From the NCBI GenBank assembly GCA_035637355.1, contig DASPXJ010000003.1, positions 79 through 64,078 of the forward strand: a stretch of 64,000 bases of DNA, in the 5' to 3' direction. Made by a program: the position numbers and the translations under genes. Under the pieces are notes generated by a model, which ran no database searches, was not told the DNA's origin, and saw only the letters and a list, made by a program, of their open reading frames with translations. This DNA comes from Gemmatimonadales bacterium. Its GTDB lineage: Bacteria > Gemmatimonadota > Gemmatimonadetes > Gemmatimonadales > GWC2-71-9. Within the stretch, counting starts at the first letter, position 1; each line of letters opens with the position of its first letter. This document shows positions 46,325-54,101 of the stretch, one piece after another.

Positions 46325-46404
46325 ACGCGGAACTCGGAACGTGGAACGTGGAACACGTAGGCCTTTCGCTTCTGTTTCGCGTTCCGACTTCCACGTTCCG
46401 CGTT
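46324..46404. repeat. imperfect 81-nt inverted repeat built from tandem heptamers, filling the ftsW-murG spacer
   Basis: Left arm AACGCGG AACTCGG AACGTGG AACGTGG AACACGT. Right arm (reverse complement) GAACGCG GAACGTG GAAGTCG GAACGCG. The terminal 10 bp pair perfectly (AACGCGGAAC / GTTCCGCGTT). Confidence 0.8.
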
Positions 46405-46405
46405 C

Positions 46406-47491
46406 ATGAAGATCCTCATCGCGGGCGGCGGCACCGGCGGCCACCTCATGCCCGCGCTCGCGCTCGCGCGCGTCGCCGCCGATCTCGGCCACGACGTCGT
46501 GTTAGTTGGCGCGGCGCGTGGCATCGAAGCCCAGATCCTGCCGCGCCATCTCTTCCGATTCCATCTGCTCCCGATGGAGCCGTTCTACCGCAGAGCGTGG
46601 TGGCGCAACCTGCGCTGGCCGATGATCGCGCTGCGTGCCTGGCGGTCGGCGGGACGCGTGCTGCAGGACGAGCGGCCCGCGATCGTCATCGGTACCGGCG
46701 GCTATGCGGCGGGGCCCGTCGTGTGGCGCGCCCAGCGCGCCGGCATTCCGACGGCGTTGCAGGAGCAGAACGCGTTCCCCGGACTCACGACGCGCTGGCT
46801 GGCGCGGGGCGCGCGGCAGGTGCACCTCGGATTTCCGGAAGCGAATCTGCGGCTCTCGCCCGGCCCCCGGACACCGGTGTTCGTGTTCGGCAATCCGATC
46901 ACGCCGCCGGGCCGGGTCGACGCCGTCGCGGCACGCAGCGAATTCAGTTTGGCCGCCGAGCGGCGCACGGTGCTCGTCGTGGGCGGCAGTCAGGGCGCGC
47001 GCGCGCTCAACGAGACCGTCGCGCGCGCGCTGGGACTCGAGCTGCTGCGCGACGTGAATCTGATCTGGGGTACCGGCGCGGCGCACGAATCACGCTACGC
47101 CGCCCTGGCGGTGCCGGGGCGCGTCGTGGTCCGCGGATTCTTCGATCCGATCGCGCCGGCGTACGCGGCCGCCGATCTCGTCGTCGCGCGCGGGGGCGCG
47201 ATGACGGTGGCGGAGCTGTGCGCGTGGGGGAAGCCGAGTGTGCTGGTGCCGCTGCCGACGGCGGCGGCGGACCATCAGACGTTCAATGCCCACGCCCTGG
47301 CGAACGCCGGCGCGAGTGTGTTGCTGCTCGAGAGCGAGCTCGCGCCCGAGTCGTTTGCGAAGACGATCACCGCGCTGGTCCAGAACCGGGGCCGGCTCGA
47401 GGAATTGGCCCGCAGTGCCCGAAAACGGGGGCACCCGAACGCCGCCCGAACCATCATGGAAAAGGTTTTAGAGCTTTCGCAAGTTGTGTAA
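46406..47491 (+). CDS. murG: UDP-N-acetylglucosamine--N-acetylmuramyl-(pentapeptide) pyrophosphoryl-undecaprenol GlcNAc transferase
   Basis: ILIAGGGTGGHLMPALA, GGYAAGP, VVGGSQGA, ARGGAMTVAEL, AADHQTFNA motifs. Confidence 0.9.
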   Translation: MKILIAGGGTGGHLMPALALARVAADLGHDVVLVGAARGIEAQILPRHLFRFHLLPMEPFYRRAWWRNLRWPMIALRAWRSAGRVLQDERPAIVIGTGGYAAGPVVWRAQRAGIPTALQEQNAFPGLTTRWLARGARQVHLGFPEANLRLSPGPRTPVFVFGNPITPPGRVDAVAARSEFSLAAERRTVLVVGGSQGARALNETVARALGLELLRDVNLIWGTGAAHESRYAALAVPGRVVVRGFFDPIAPAYAAADLVVARGGAMTVAELCAWGKPSVLVPLPTAAADHQTFNAHALANAGASVLLLESELAPESFAKTITALVQNRGRLEELARSARKRGHPNAARTIMEKVLELSQVV

Positions 47492-47515
47492 ATTTCCTAT
47501 ATTAGCTCCCCACAG

Positions 47516-48925
47516 ATGACCTTGTTTCTAACCGGGGATCCCCGACCCATCCACTTCATGGGCATAGCTGGGGCGGGGATGAGCGCCCTGGCGATGATTG
47601 CCGCGCACCGGGGAGTCTTCATAACTGGTTGTGATTCCGAGACTTCTGGGACAGGTGTCGATGATCTCACCGCCTTGGGAGTTCGTGTTTGGCGGGGCCA
47701 CGATCCCAGCCATTTAGAGGGGGTGCGGGCCGTTGTGGTGACGGCCGCGGTCCCGCGAGACCATCCGGAATTGGAACGGGCCCGGGCGTTGGGCCTACCG
47801 GTCGTGCGTCGCGCCGATGCGCTGGGCGAGCTGGTGTCCGAGGGTGGAGCGAGCCTCGTGGCGGTTGCCGGCACGCATGGCAAGACGACCACCACGGTCA
47901 TGGTGACTGAGGCGCTCACGGCCGCCGGGCGAAACCCCACGGGACTCGCCGGCGGCCGTGTCGCTGCCTGGGGCGGCAACGCCCGCATCGGCGGTGCTGA
48001 GTTGTTCGTCGTGGAGGCCGATGAGTACGACAAGGCCTTCCTGTCGTTGCAGCCGACGATCGCGGTCGTGAACAATGTCGAAGCGGATCACCTCGAGTGC
48101 TACGGCAGCGTGGACGCGCTCGAGCAAGCGTTCGCCGATTTTGCGGGCCGTGCGGCACGGGTGATCGTCGGCGCGGACGACGTGGGTGCGGACCGCGTCG
48201 CGTTGCAAGTCAGCGCGCCGGTGTGGCGCGTCGGCCTCGGTGCGACGGCGGACGTGCGCATTCGCGGCGTGCGACTGGAGCCGGGCGGCTCGCGGGCGAC
48301 GATCTCGCTGCCGGGCGGCCACACGGTCGAGCTGCAGCTCGCGGTGCCGGGCATGCACAACGTGCGCAACGCGGCCGCCGCACTCGGCGTGCTGCAGGCG
48401 CTGGGCGCGGATGTGCAGGCCGGCGCGGACGCCCTGGCGGCGTTCCGCGGTGTAGGACGGCGCTTCGAGCGCTTGGGTGACGCGGGTGGCGTGACCGTCG
48501 TCGACGATTACGCCCATCACCCGACGGAGGTGGCGGCGACGTTGGCGGCGGCGCGGCAGGCGTTTCCCGGCCGGCGCGTGGTCGCGGTGTTTCAGCCGCA
48601 TCTCTATTCACGGACGGCATTGCATGGCGAGGCGTTGGGGAAGGCGCTCGCCGCGGCGGACATGGTGGTCGTGGCACCGATCTACGGAGCGCGCGAGCAA
48701 CCGCTCGCCGGCGTGACGCATCACCTCGTGGTGCGCGGCGCGACGCGCGCGGGCGCCGCGACGGTGGCGGTGCGCGATCGTGCGGGGCTGACGACGCATG
48801 TCGCCCGCGCGGTGCGCGGGGGCGACGTCGTGTTCACCCTGGGGGCGGGCGATATCACACGGGTCGGACCTGAGCTGCTGCAGATGCTGGGGAACGGCAG
48901 CCGGGAGCAGGGAGCGGTCGCGTGA
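47516..48925 (+). CDS. murC: UDP-N-acetylmuramate--L-alanine ligase
   Basis: IHFMGIAGAGMSALA, VAGTHGKTTTT, DDYAHHPTEV motifs. Confidence 0.9.
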   Translation: MTLFLTGDPRPIHFMGIAGAGMSALAMIAAHRGVFITGCDSETSGTGVDDLTALGVRVWRGHDPSHLEGVRAVVVTAAVPRDHPELERARALGLPVVRRADALGELVSEGGASLVAVAGTHGKTTTTVMVTEALTAAGRNPTGLAGGRVAAWGGNARIGGAELFVVEADEYDKAFLSLQPTIAVVNNVEADHLECYGSVDALEQAFADFAGRAARVIVGADDVGADRVALQVSAPVWRVGLGATADVRIRGVRLEPGGSRATISLPGGHTVELQLAVPGMHNVRNAAAALGVLQALGADVQAGADALAAFRGVGRRFERLGDAGGVTVVDDYAHHPTEVAATLAAARQAFPGRRVVAVFQPHLYSRTALHGEALGKALAAADMVVVAPIYGAREQPLAGVTHHLVVRGATRAGAATVAVRDRAGLTTHVARAVRGGDVVFTLGAGDITRVGPELLQMLGNGSREQGAVA

Positions 48926-49626
48926 AGTGGCCGCGGCAGTCCCGGCGCGTGTTGCTGTGGGCCGGCGCGGCGCTGCTGGGGATGGCGATGTGGATGGCGG
49001 CGCCGCTCGCGCTGCGCCGCCTGGCATTCTTCCGCGTGCGGCAGGTCGAGCTCATCGGCATCCGCTATCTGGATGCCGATCAGGTTTTGGCGGCGCTCGG
49101 GCTGTCGCCCCGCGCCAGCGTGTTCGACGATACGGGCGTGCTCGCCGAGCGCTTGCGCGGGCTGGATGGTGTTGCCGATGCTTCGGTCATCCGCCGCCCG
49201 CCGGCATCGCTGAAGGTGATCGTGCGCGAGGTCGAGCCGGTGGCGCTGGTGGCGAACGGTCGCGGCGCGCTGGCGCCGGTCGCGGCGGACGGGCGGGCGA
49301 TGCCCTTCGATCCGGCGGGACTCGATCTCCCGATCGTGCGGACGGCGGACAGTGGGGTCGTCGCGCTGTTGGCGCGGGTGCAAGCGTTCGATCCCGCGCT
49401 GTTTCAATCGATCGATGCCGCGCGGGTGAATGCGCCGCGCGGTGACGTGCTTCTCGAGCTGGGCGCGCATCGCGTGCTGCTGGGCCGCGATGCGGGGCCG
49501 GAGGTGATCGAGGCGGTGATGCTGGTGGCGAGGGATCTGGCGGCGAAAGCGCGCCCCTACGCGGAGCTCGACGGCCGGTACGCCGGACAGGTCGTCGTGC
49601 GGCGCCGGAGTGCCCGGAGCGCCTGA
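48922..49626 (+). CDS. ftsQ: cell division protein FtsQ (POTRA domain)
   Basis: N-terminal TM (VLLWAGAALLGMAMWMAAPLAL), then FRVRQVELIGIRYLDADQV POTRA-like start. Sits at the canonical position upstream of ftsA. GTGA overlap with murC. Confidence 0.75.
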   Translation: MKWPRQSRRVLLWAGAALLGMAMWMAAPLALRRLAFFRVRQVELIGIRYLDADQVLAALGLSPRASVFDDTGVLAERLRGLDGVADASVIRRPPASLKVIVREVEPVALVANGRGALAPVAADGRAMPFDPAGLDLPIVRTADSGVVALLARVQAFDPALFQSIDAARVNAPRGDVLLELGAHRVLLGRDAGPEVIEAVMLVARDLAAKARPYAELDGRYAGQVVVRRRSARSA

Positions 49627-50873
49627 TGGCGGACCGCCGCCTCGTCGCCGGCCTCGACCTCGGCAGCACCAAGACGTGCGCCGTCATCGCGGAGCTCGCG
49701 GGCGACCTGCCGCGCGCCCCGCTCGCGAAGATCCTCGGCGTCGGGCTCGCGAAGAACAGCGGCGTGCGGCGCGGCATGGTGCGTGACATCGACGAAACGA
49801 CGCGCTCGGTCGCGGCCGCGCTCAAGGACGCCGAGCGGATGGCGGGCGCGCGGGTGCCGGACGTGACGTGCGGCATCGCCGGCGAGCATGTGTCGGCGCG
49901 CGGCTCGAGCGGCGTCGTCGCCGTGAGCGGGGACGAGATCTCGCCGCAGGACGTGGCCCGGGTCAACGAAGTCGCCCGGGCGGTCTCGCTGGGCCGGGAT
50001 CACGAGCTGCTGCACGACATTCCGCAGGAGTACGTCGTCGATCAACAGCACGGCATCTCGGATCCGGTCGGCATGACCGGGACACGGCTCGAAGTGGAGA
50101 TGTATCTCGTCACCGCGCAGGCGACGGCGGCGCAGAATCTCCGCAAGAGCGTGCAGCGCGCGGGCTATCGCGTCGCCGACCTGGTGCTTGAGCCGCTCGC
50201 GGCGTCGTACGCGGTGTTGACCGATGACGAGAAAGAGCTGGGCGTCGCCCTGGTGGAAGTGGGCGGCAGCTCGACCGGCGTCGCGATCTTTCACGAAGGC
50301 AAGATCCGGCACCTCGCGTCGCTCAAGTACGCGGGCGCGCACGTGACGAGCGATCTGGTGCAGGGCCTCGGCGTGACGCAGTCGGATGCCGAAAGACTGA
50401 AGGAGCGGCACGGGGCGGCATACACCCCGCTGGTCGATGCGGGCGAAATGATCAGCCTGCCGTCGACACAGGGACAGGGTGCCCGCACGGCCTCCCGCGA
50501 GCTGGTCGCTCACATCATCCACCAGCGCGTGGATGAGATTTTCCAGCTGGTGGGCCGCGAGTTCGAGCGCGCCGGGTACGGCGGCGGCCGCCTGCCGGCC
50601 GGCGTCGTGCTGAGCGGCGGCACGGCGCACCTGCCGGGGATGGTCGAGCTGGCCCGCGAGGTGTTCGCGGTGCCGGTGCGCGCGGGACATCCGGAGCTGG
50701 GCATTTCGGGACTGGTGGACAGCGTGCAAGCGCCGCGCTACGCGGTGCCGGTCGGTCTGGTGTTGTACGCGGCGCGCAAGAGCGCCCAGGGAGGCGCGCC
50801 CGGCGTGTTGTTCGGCGGCCGCCCCGAGAAGCTGTTTGCGCCTCTCAAGAGATGGTTGCAGGACTTCTTCTGA
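49626..50873 (+). CDS. ftsA: cell division protein FtsA
   Basis: Actin-fold motifs (VAGLDLGSTKTCAVIAE, VEVGGSSTGVAIF, VVLSGGTAHLPGM). C-terminal amphipathic tail LKRWLQDFF. Confidence 0.9.
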   Translation: MADRRLVAGLDLGSTKTCAVIAELAGDLPRAPLAKILGVGLAKNSGVRRGMVRDIDETTRSVAAALKDAERMAGARVPDVTCGIAGEHVSARGSSGVVAVSGDEISPQDVARVNEVARAVSLGRDHELLHDIPQEYVVDQQHGISDPVGMTGTRLEVEMYLVTAQATAAQNLRKSVQRAGYRVADLVLEPLAASYAVLTDDEKELGVALVEVGGSSTGVAIFHEGKIRHLASLKYAGAHVTSDLVQGLGVTQSDAERLKERHGAAYTPLVDAGEMISLPSTQGQGARTASRELVAHIIHQRVDEIFQLVGREFERAGYGGGRLPAGVVLSGGTAHLPGMVELAREVFAVPVRAGHPELGISGLVDSVQAPRYAVPVGLVLYAARKSAQGGAPGVLFGGRPEKLFAPLKRWLQDFF

Positions 50874-50889
50874 GCCCTAGGGGAGAACC

Positions 50890-52071
50890 ATGATCTTCGA
50901 ACTCGAAGAAACCGTTACACAGAACGCGCGCATGAAAGTCGTCGGCGTCGGCGGGGGCGGCGGCAACGCCCTGAACCGCATGATCGACGAGCACGTGAGC
51001 GGTGTCGAGTTCATCTCGGTGAACACCGATGCCCAGGCGCTCCTCAACAACAAGGCCGACGTCAAAGTCCAGATCGGCAAGAAGCTGACGCGCGGGCTCG
51101 GCGCCGGCGCGCGACCTGAAATCGGCCGCCAGGCCATCGAAGAGAACCGCGACGAGGTGCTGCACTCCCTGCAAGGCGCGGACCTCGTGTTCGTCACCTG
51201 CGGCATGGGCGGCGGCACCGGCACCGGGGCGGCCCCGATCATCTCGCAGGTCGCCCGCGACCTCGGCGCGCTGACGATCGGGATCGTCACCAAGCCCTTC
51301 CTGTTCGAAGGCCGCAAGCGCATGCGTCAGGCGGAGATGGGGATCGCGGAGATGCGCAAGCACGTGGACACGATGATCGTCGTGCCCAACGAGCGGCTGC
51401 TCGCCGTCGTCGGCAAGGGCATCCCGTTCCAGGATGCGCTGAAGAAGGCGGACGAAGTGCTGCTGCATGCGACGCAGGGGATTTCGGCCCTCATCTGTGT
51501 CACCGGGCTCGTGAATGTAGATTTCGCCGACGTCCGCACCGTCATGCAGAACGGCGGCGCGGCCTTGATGGGGACGGGCCAGGGACGCGGCGAGAACCGC
51601 GCCATGGAAGCGGCGCAGCAGGCGATTTCGAGCCCGCTGCTCGACAACATTTCGATCGCCGGCGCGACGGGCGTGCTGATCAATATCACGGGCGGCGAAG
51701 ACCTGACGCTCGGCGAAGTGACGCAGATCAGCGAAGCGATTCACGATGCCGCGGGCGACGACGCCGAGATCATCTTCGGCGCCGTCAACGATCCCGCGAT
51801 GCACGGCGAAGTGCGGATCACCGTGATTGCGACGGGGTTCGACAAGACCGGCGCGATGGCGGATGCGCTGGCGGGCGTGCAGCGGCCCGCCGCCGGCGTG
51901 CTGCCGTTCCGTGACCGTGGCGCGCGACCGACGCCCGTGCCGCCGCCGGGATTTGCGAAGCCGGCAGAAGTGGGAGGAGCGCCCAAGCGTCCCGCGCAGG
52001 CGCCTCCGCCCGGCAGTCCCGAGCTGAATGAAATGGAAATTCCGACTTTCATCCGGAGACAGATGGACTGA
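50890..52071 (+). CDS. ftsZ: cell division protein FtsZ
   Basis: GVGGGGGNA, tubulin signature [20 protein letters not shown]-terminal conserved peptide EIPTFIRRQ. Confidence 0.95.
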   Translation: MIFELEETVTQNARMKVVGVGGGGGNALNRMIDEHVSGVEFISVNTDAQALLNNKADVKVQIGKKLTRGLGAGARPEIGRQAIEENRDEVLHSLQGADLVFVTCGMGGGTGTGAAPIISQVARDLGALTIGIVTKPFLFEGRKRMRQAEMGIAEMRKHVDTMIVVPNERLLAVVGKGIPFQDALKKADEVLLHATQGISALICVTGLVNVDFADVRTVMQNGGAALMGTGQGRGENRAMEAAQQAISSPLLDNISIAGATGVLINITGGEDLTLGEVTQISEAIHDAAGDDAEIIFGAVNDPAMHGEVRITVIATGFDKTGAMADALAGVQRPAAGVLPFRDRGARPTPVPPPGFAKPAEVGGAPKRPAQAPPPGSPELNEMEIPTFIRRQMD

Positions 52072-53381
52072 TGGTTGGGGCCTGGCGAGCGAGTCACTAC
52101 GTTGCTGCCGGCACGCTCGCTGCCGGGATGCTGGTGTGGGCCGCACACGAGGCGTGGCCGTCGCGCGAGGTCCCGGTCGCGCTCCCCATCGTGGTGACGA
52201 GCGCGTACGACGAATGGGCCGACACCCTCGGCCGCCGCGAAATGCTGTCCGATGTGCTCATGCGCGCCGGCATCACCGGCCGTGAGTACGTCAGCTTCCT
52301 GAAGGCGAAGCACACGCTCAACCCCCGCCGCATGCAGCCGGGACTGATCTTCGAAGTGCGCCGGTTGAAAGGCACGACGGTCGCCAATCGCCTGGGCGTG
52401 CGCCTCGATCCCGAGCGGCATCTGGTGATGACGCGCCTCGGCGGCGACGCGGGATGGCGCGAGACCGTCGAAGACATCCCCTGGGCGACCGAACGGCTGC
52501 GCACCACCGCCGTCATTCAGTCGAACCTGTACGACGCGCTCGACGCCGCGATCCCCGATTCGTTTCTCCCGGTCCGTCAACGCGTCGCGCTCGCCTGGGC
52601 CATCGCCGACGTGTACGACTGGGAAGTGGACTTCACGCGCGATCTGCGCCCCGGGGATCGCGTCGACGTGCTGATCGAGCGGTTGCAATCGCCGGAGGGG
52701 GAGAAGCGTTTGGGCCGCATTCTCGCCGCCCGCGTCGACGTTGCGGGCTCCCCCAGCTTCGCCTTCGCGTTCGACAATCCGAACGGCCGGGGGGGGGGCG
52801 GGGGCGGGGGCGGGTTCTACGACGACAAGGGGCGTTCGCTGCGCCGCGCGTTTCTGCGCGCGCCGCTGCGCTTCAGCCACATCTCGAGCCGCTTCGGCGG
52901 GCGCTTTCATCCGATTCTCAGGCGCTGGCGGACCCATCAGGGGACCGACTATGCGGCGGCGTACGGGACGCCGGTCCGCGCCACCGCCGACGGCGTCGTC
53001 ATGATCGCCGGCCGCAATGGCGGCTACGGCAACCTGGTCGAGATCCGCCACGCCAACGGCATTCGGACCCGCTACGGCCACCTCTCGCGGTTCGCCTCTG
53101 GCGTGCATGTGGGGCAGCGCGTCGGTCAGCAACAGATCATCGGCTACGTGGGCGCGACCGGCCTCGCGACGGGGCCGCATCTGCATTACGAGTTCCTGAT
53201 CAATGGCCGGCCGACGAATCCGCAGCGCAAGGACGCCAGCGCCGGCGAGCCCGTGCCGTCGAAGTTGAAACCGGCGTTCGACGCCGCGCGCGCGCAGCTA
53301 CTGGCGGAGCTCGAACCCACCGGTCTGCCTGCCGCGGCACCGGCGCTCGGTTCGGTCGCCGGGCCCGCTCGCGACGACTAG
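52071..53381 (+). CDS. M23-family peptidoglycan metalloendopeptidase
   Basis: HQGTDYAA ... GYGNLVEIRHANG ... GATGLATGPHLHYE M23 zinc motifs. N-terminal membrane anchor. TGATG junction with ftsZ. Confidence 0.8.
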   Translation: MVGAWRASHYVAAGTLAAGMLVWAAHEAWPSREVPVALPIVVTSAYDEWADTLGRREMLSDVLMRAGITGREYVSFLKAKHTLNPRRMQPGLIFEVRRLKGTTVANRLGVRLDPERHLVMTRLGGDAGWRETVEDIPWATERLRTTAVIQSNLYDALDAAIPDSFLPVRQRVALAWAIADVYDWEVDFTRDLRPGDRVDVLIERLQSPEGEKRLGRILAARVDVAGSPSFAFAFDNPNGRGGGGGGGGFYDDKGRSLRRAFLRAPLRFSHISSRFGGRFHPILRRWRTHQGTDYAAAYGTPVRATADGVVMIAGRNGGYGNLVEIRHANGIRTRYGHLSRFASGVHVGQRVGQQQIIGYVGATGLATGPHLHYEFLINGRPTNPQRKDASAGEPVPSKLKPAFDAARAQLLAELEPTGLPAAAPALGSVAGPARDD

Positions 53382-53414
53382 CGCCCCCCTCCAACCTTCC
53401 GCGCACAGAATTCC

Positions 53415-54101
53415 GTGGAGCTCTATCCCGCCGTTGACGTCGAAGGCGGGCGCGTGGCACGTGCCCACGGCGCGATGGCCGAGCCGCTCGCGGCGCTCGA
53501 TTGGTTCACGCGCGCGGGTGCGCACTGGATTCACCTGGTCGACATGGACCGGGCGTATGGTCGCAAGGAGAATTCCGCAATCATCGGCGCAGTGCTGAAG
53601 GCGGCGAGGGTTCAGGTGCAGGTCGGGGGCGGCCTGTTTCGAGAAACGGACATCGATCAGGTGTTCACATTGGGGGCCACGCGCGTGGTCATCGGCCCGC
53701 GCGGCGCCGTGGACTCCGGTCTCGTCGAGCGGCTGCTCGCACGCCACGGGGCCGAGCGGCTGGCGGTCGGCATCGATGCGAAGGACGGACGCGTCGCGCC
53801 GCGCGGCACGAGCGACGTGCTCGATCTCACCGCGCGCGAGCTCGCGGCGCGCGTCGCCGGCCTGGGCATTCGCACGATCATCTACAATGAAGTCACGCGC
53901 GACGGGAAGCTCACGGGCCCCGACGTGGGCGGCGCCCGGCAGCTCGCAGAACTCGGTCTCGCGGTGATCGTCTCGGGCGGCGTGGGCTCGCTGGACGACC
54001 TGCGCGCCGCTCGCGCCGCTGGGCTCGCGGGCGCGTGCGTCGGACGGGCTTTGTACGACGAGAAGTTCACGATCGCGGAGGCGCTGGCGTGCCTCTCGTG
54101 A
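53415..54101 (+). CDS. hisA: HisA/PriA-type (beta/alpha)8 ProFAR isomerase-like protein
   Basis: LYPAVDVEGGRV, HLVDMD, QVGGGL, VSGGVGSLDDL, GACVGRALYD motifs. No other his genes in the window. Confidence 0.75.
   Translation: MELYPAVDVEGGRVARAHGAMAEPLAALDWFTRAGAHWIHLVDMDRAYGRKENSAIIGAVLKAARVQVQVGGGLFRETDIDQVFTLGATRVVIGPRGAVDSGLVERLLARHGAERLAVGIDAKDGRVAPRGTSDVLDLTARELAARVAGLGIRTIIYNEVTRDGKLTGPDVGGARQLAELGLAVIVSGGVGSLDDLRAARAAGLAGACVGRALYDEKFTIAEALACLS

Noticed and set aside
53415-54101. hisA-like gene considered as the remnant of a histidine operon or a pseudogene
   Set aside because: The ORF is intact with conserved phosphate-binding motifs. An orphan location alone is not evidence of decay, and function (HisA versus PriA-like) cannot be decided from the sequence here.
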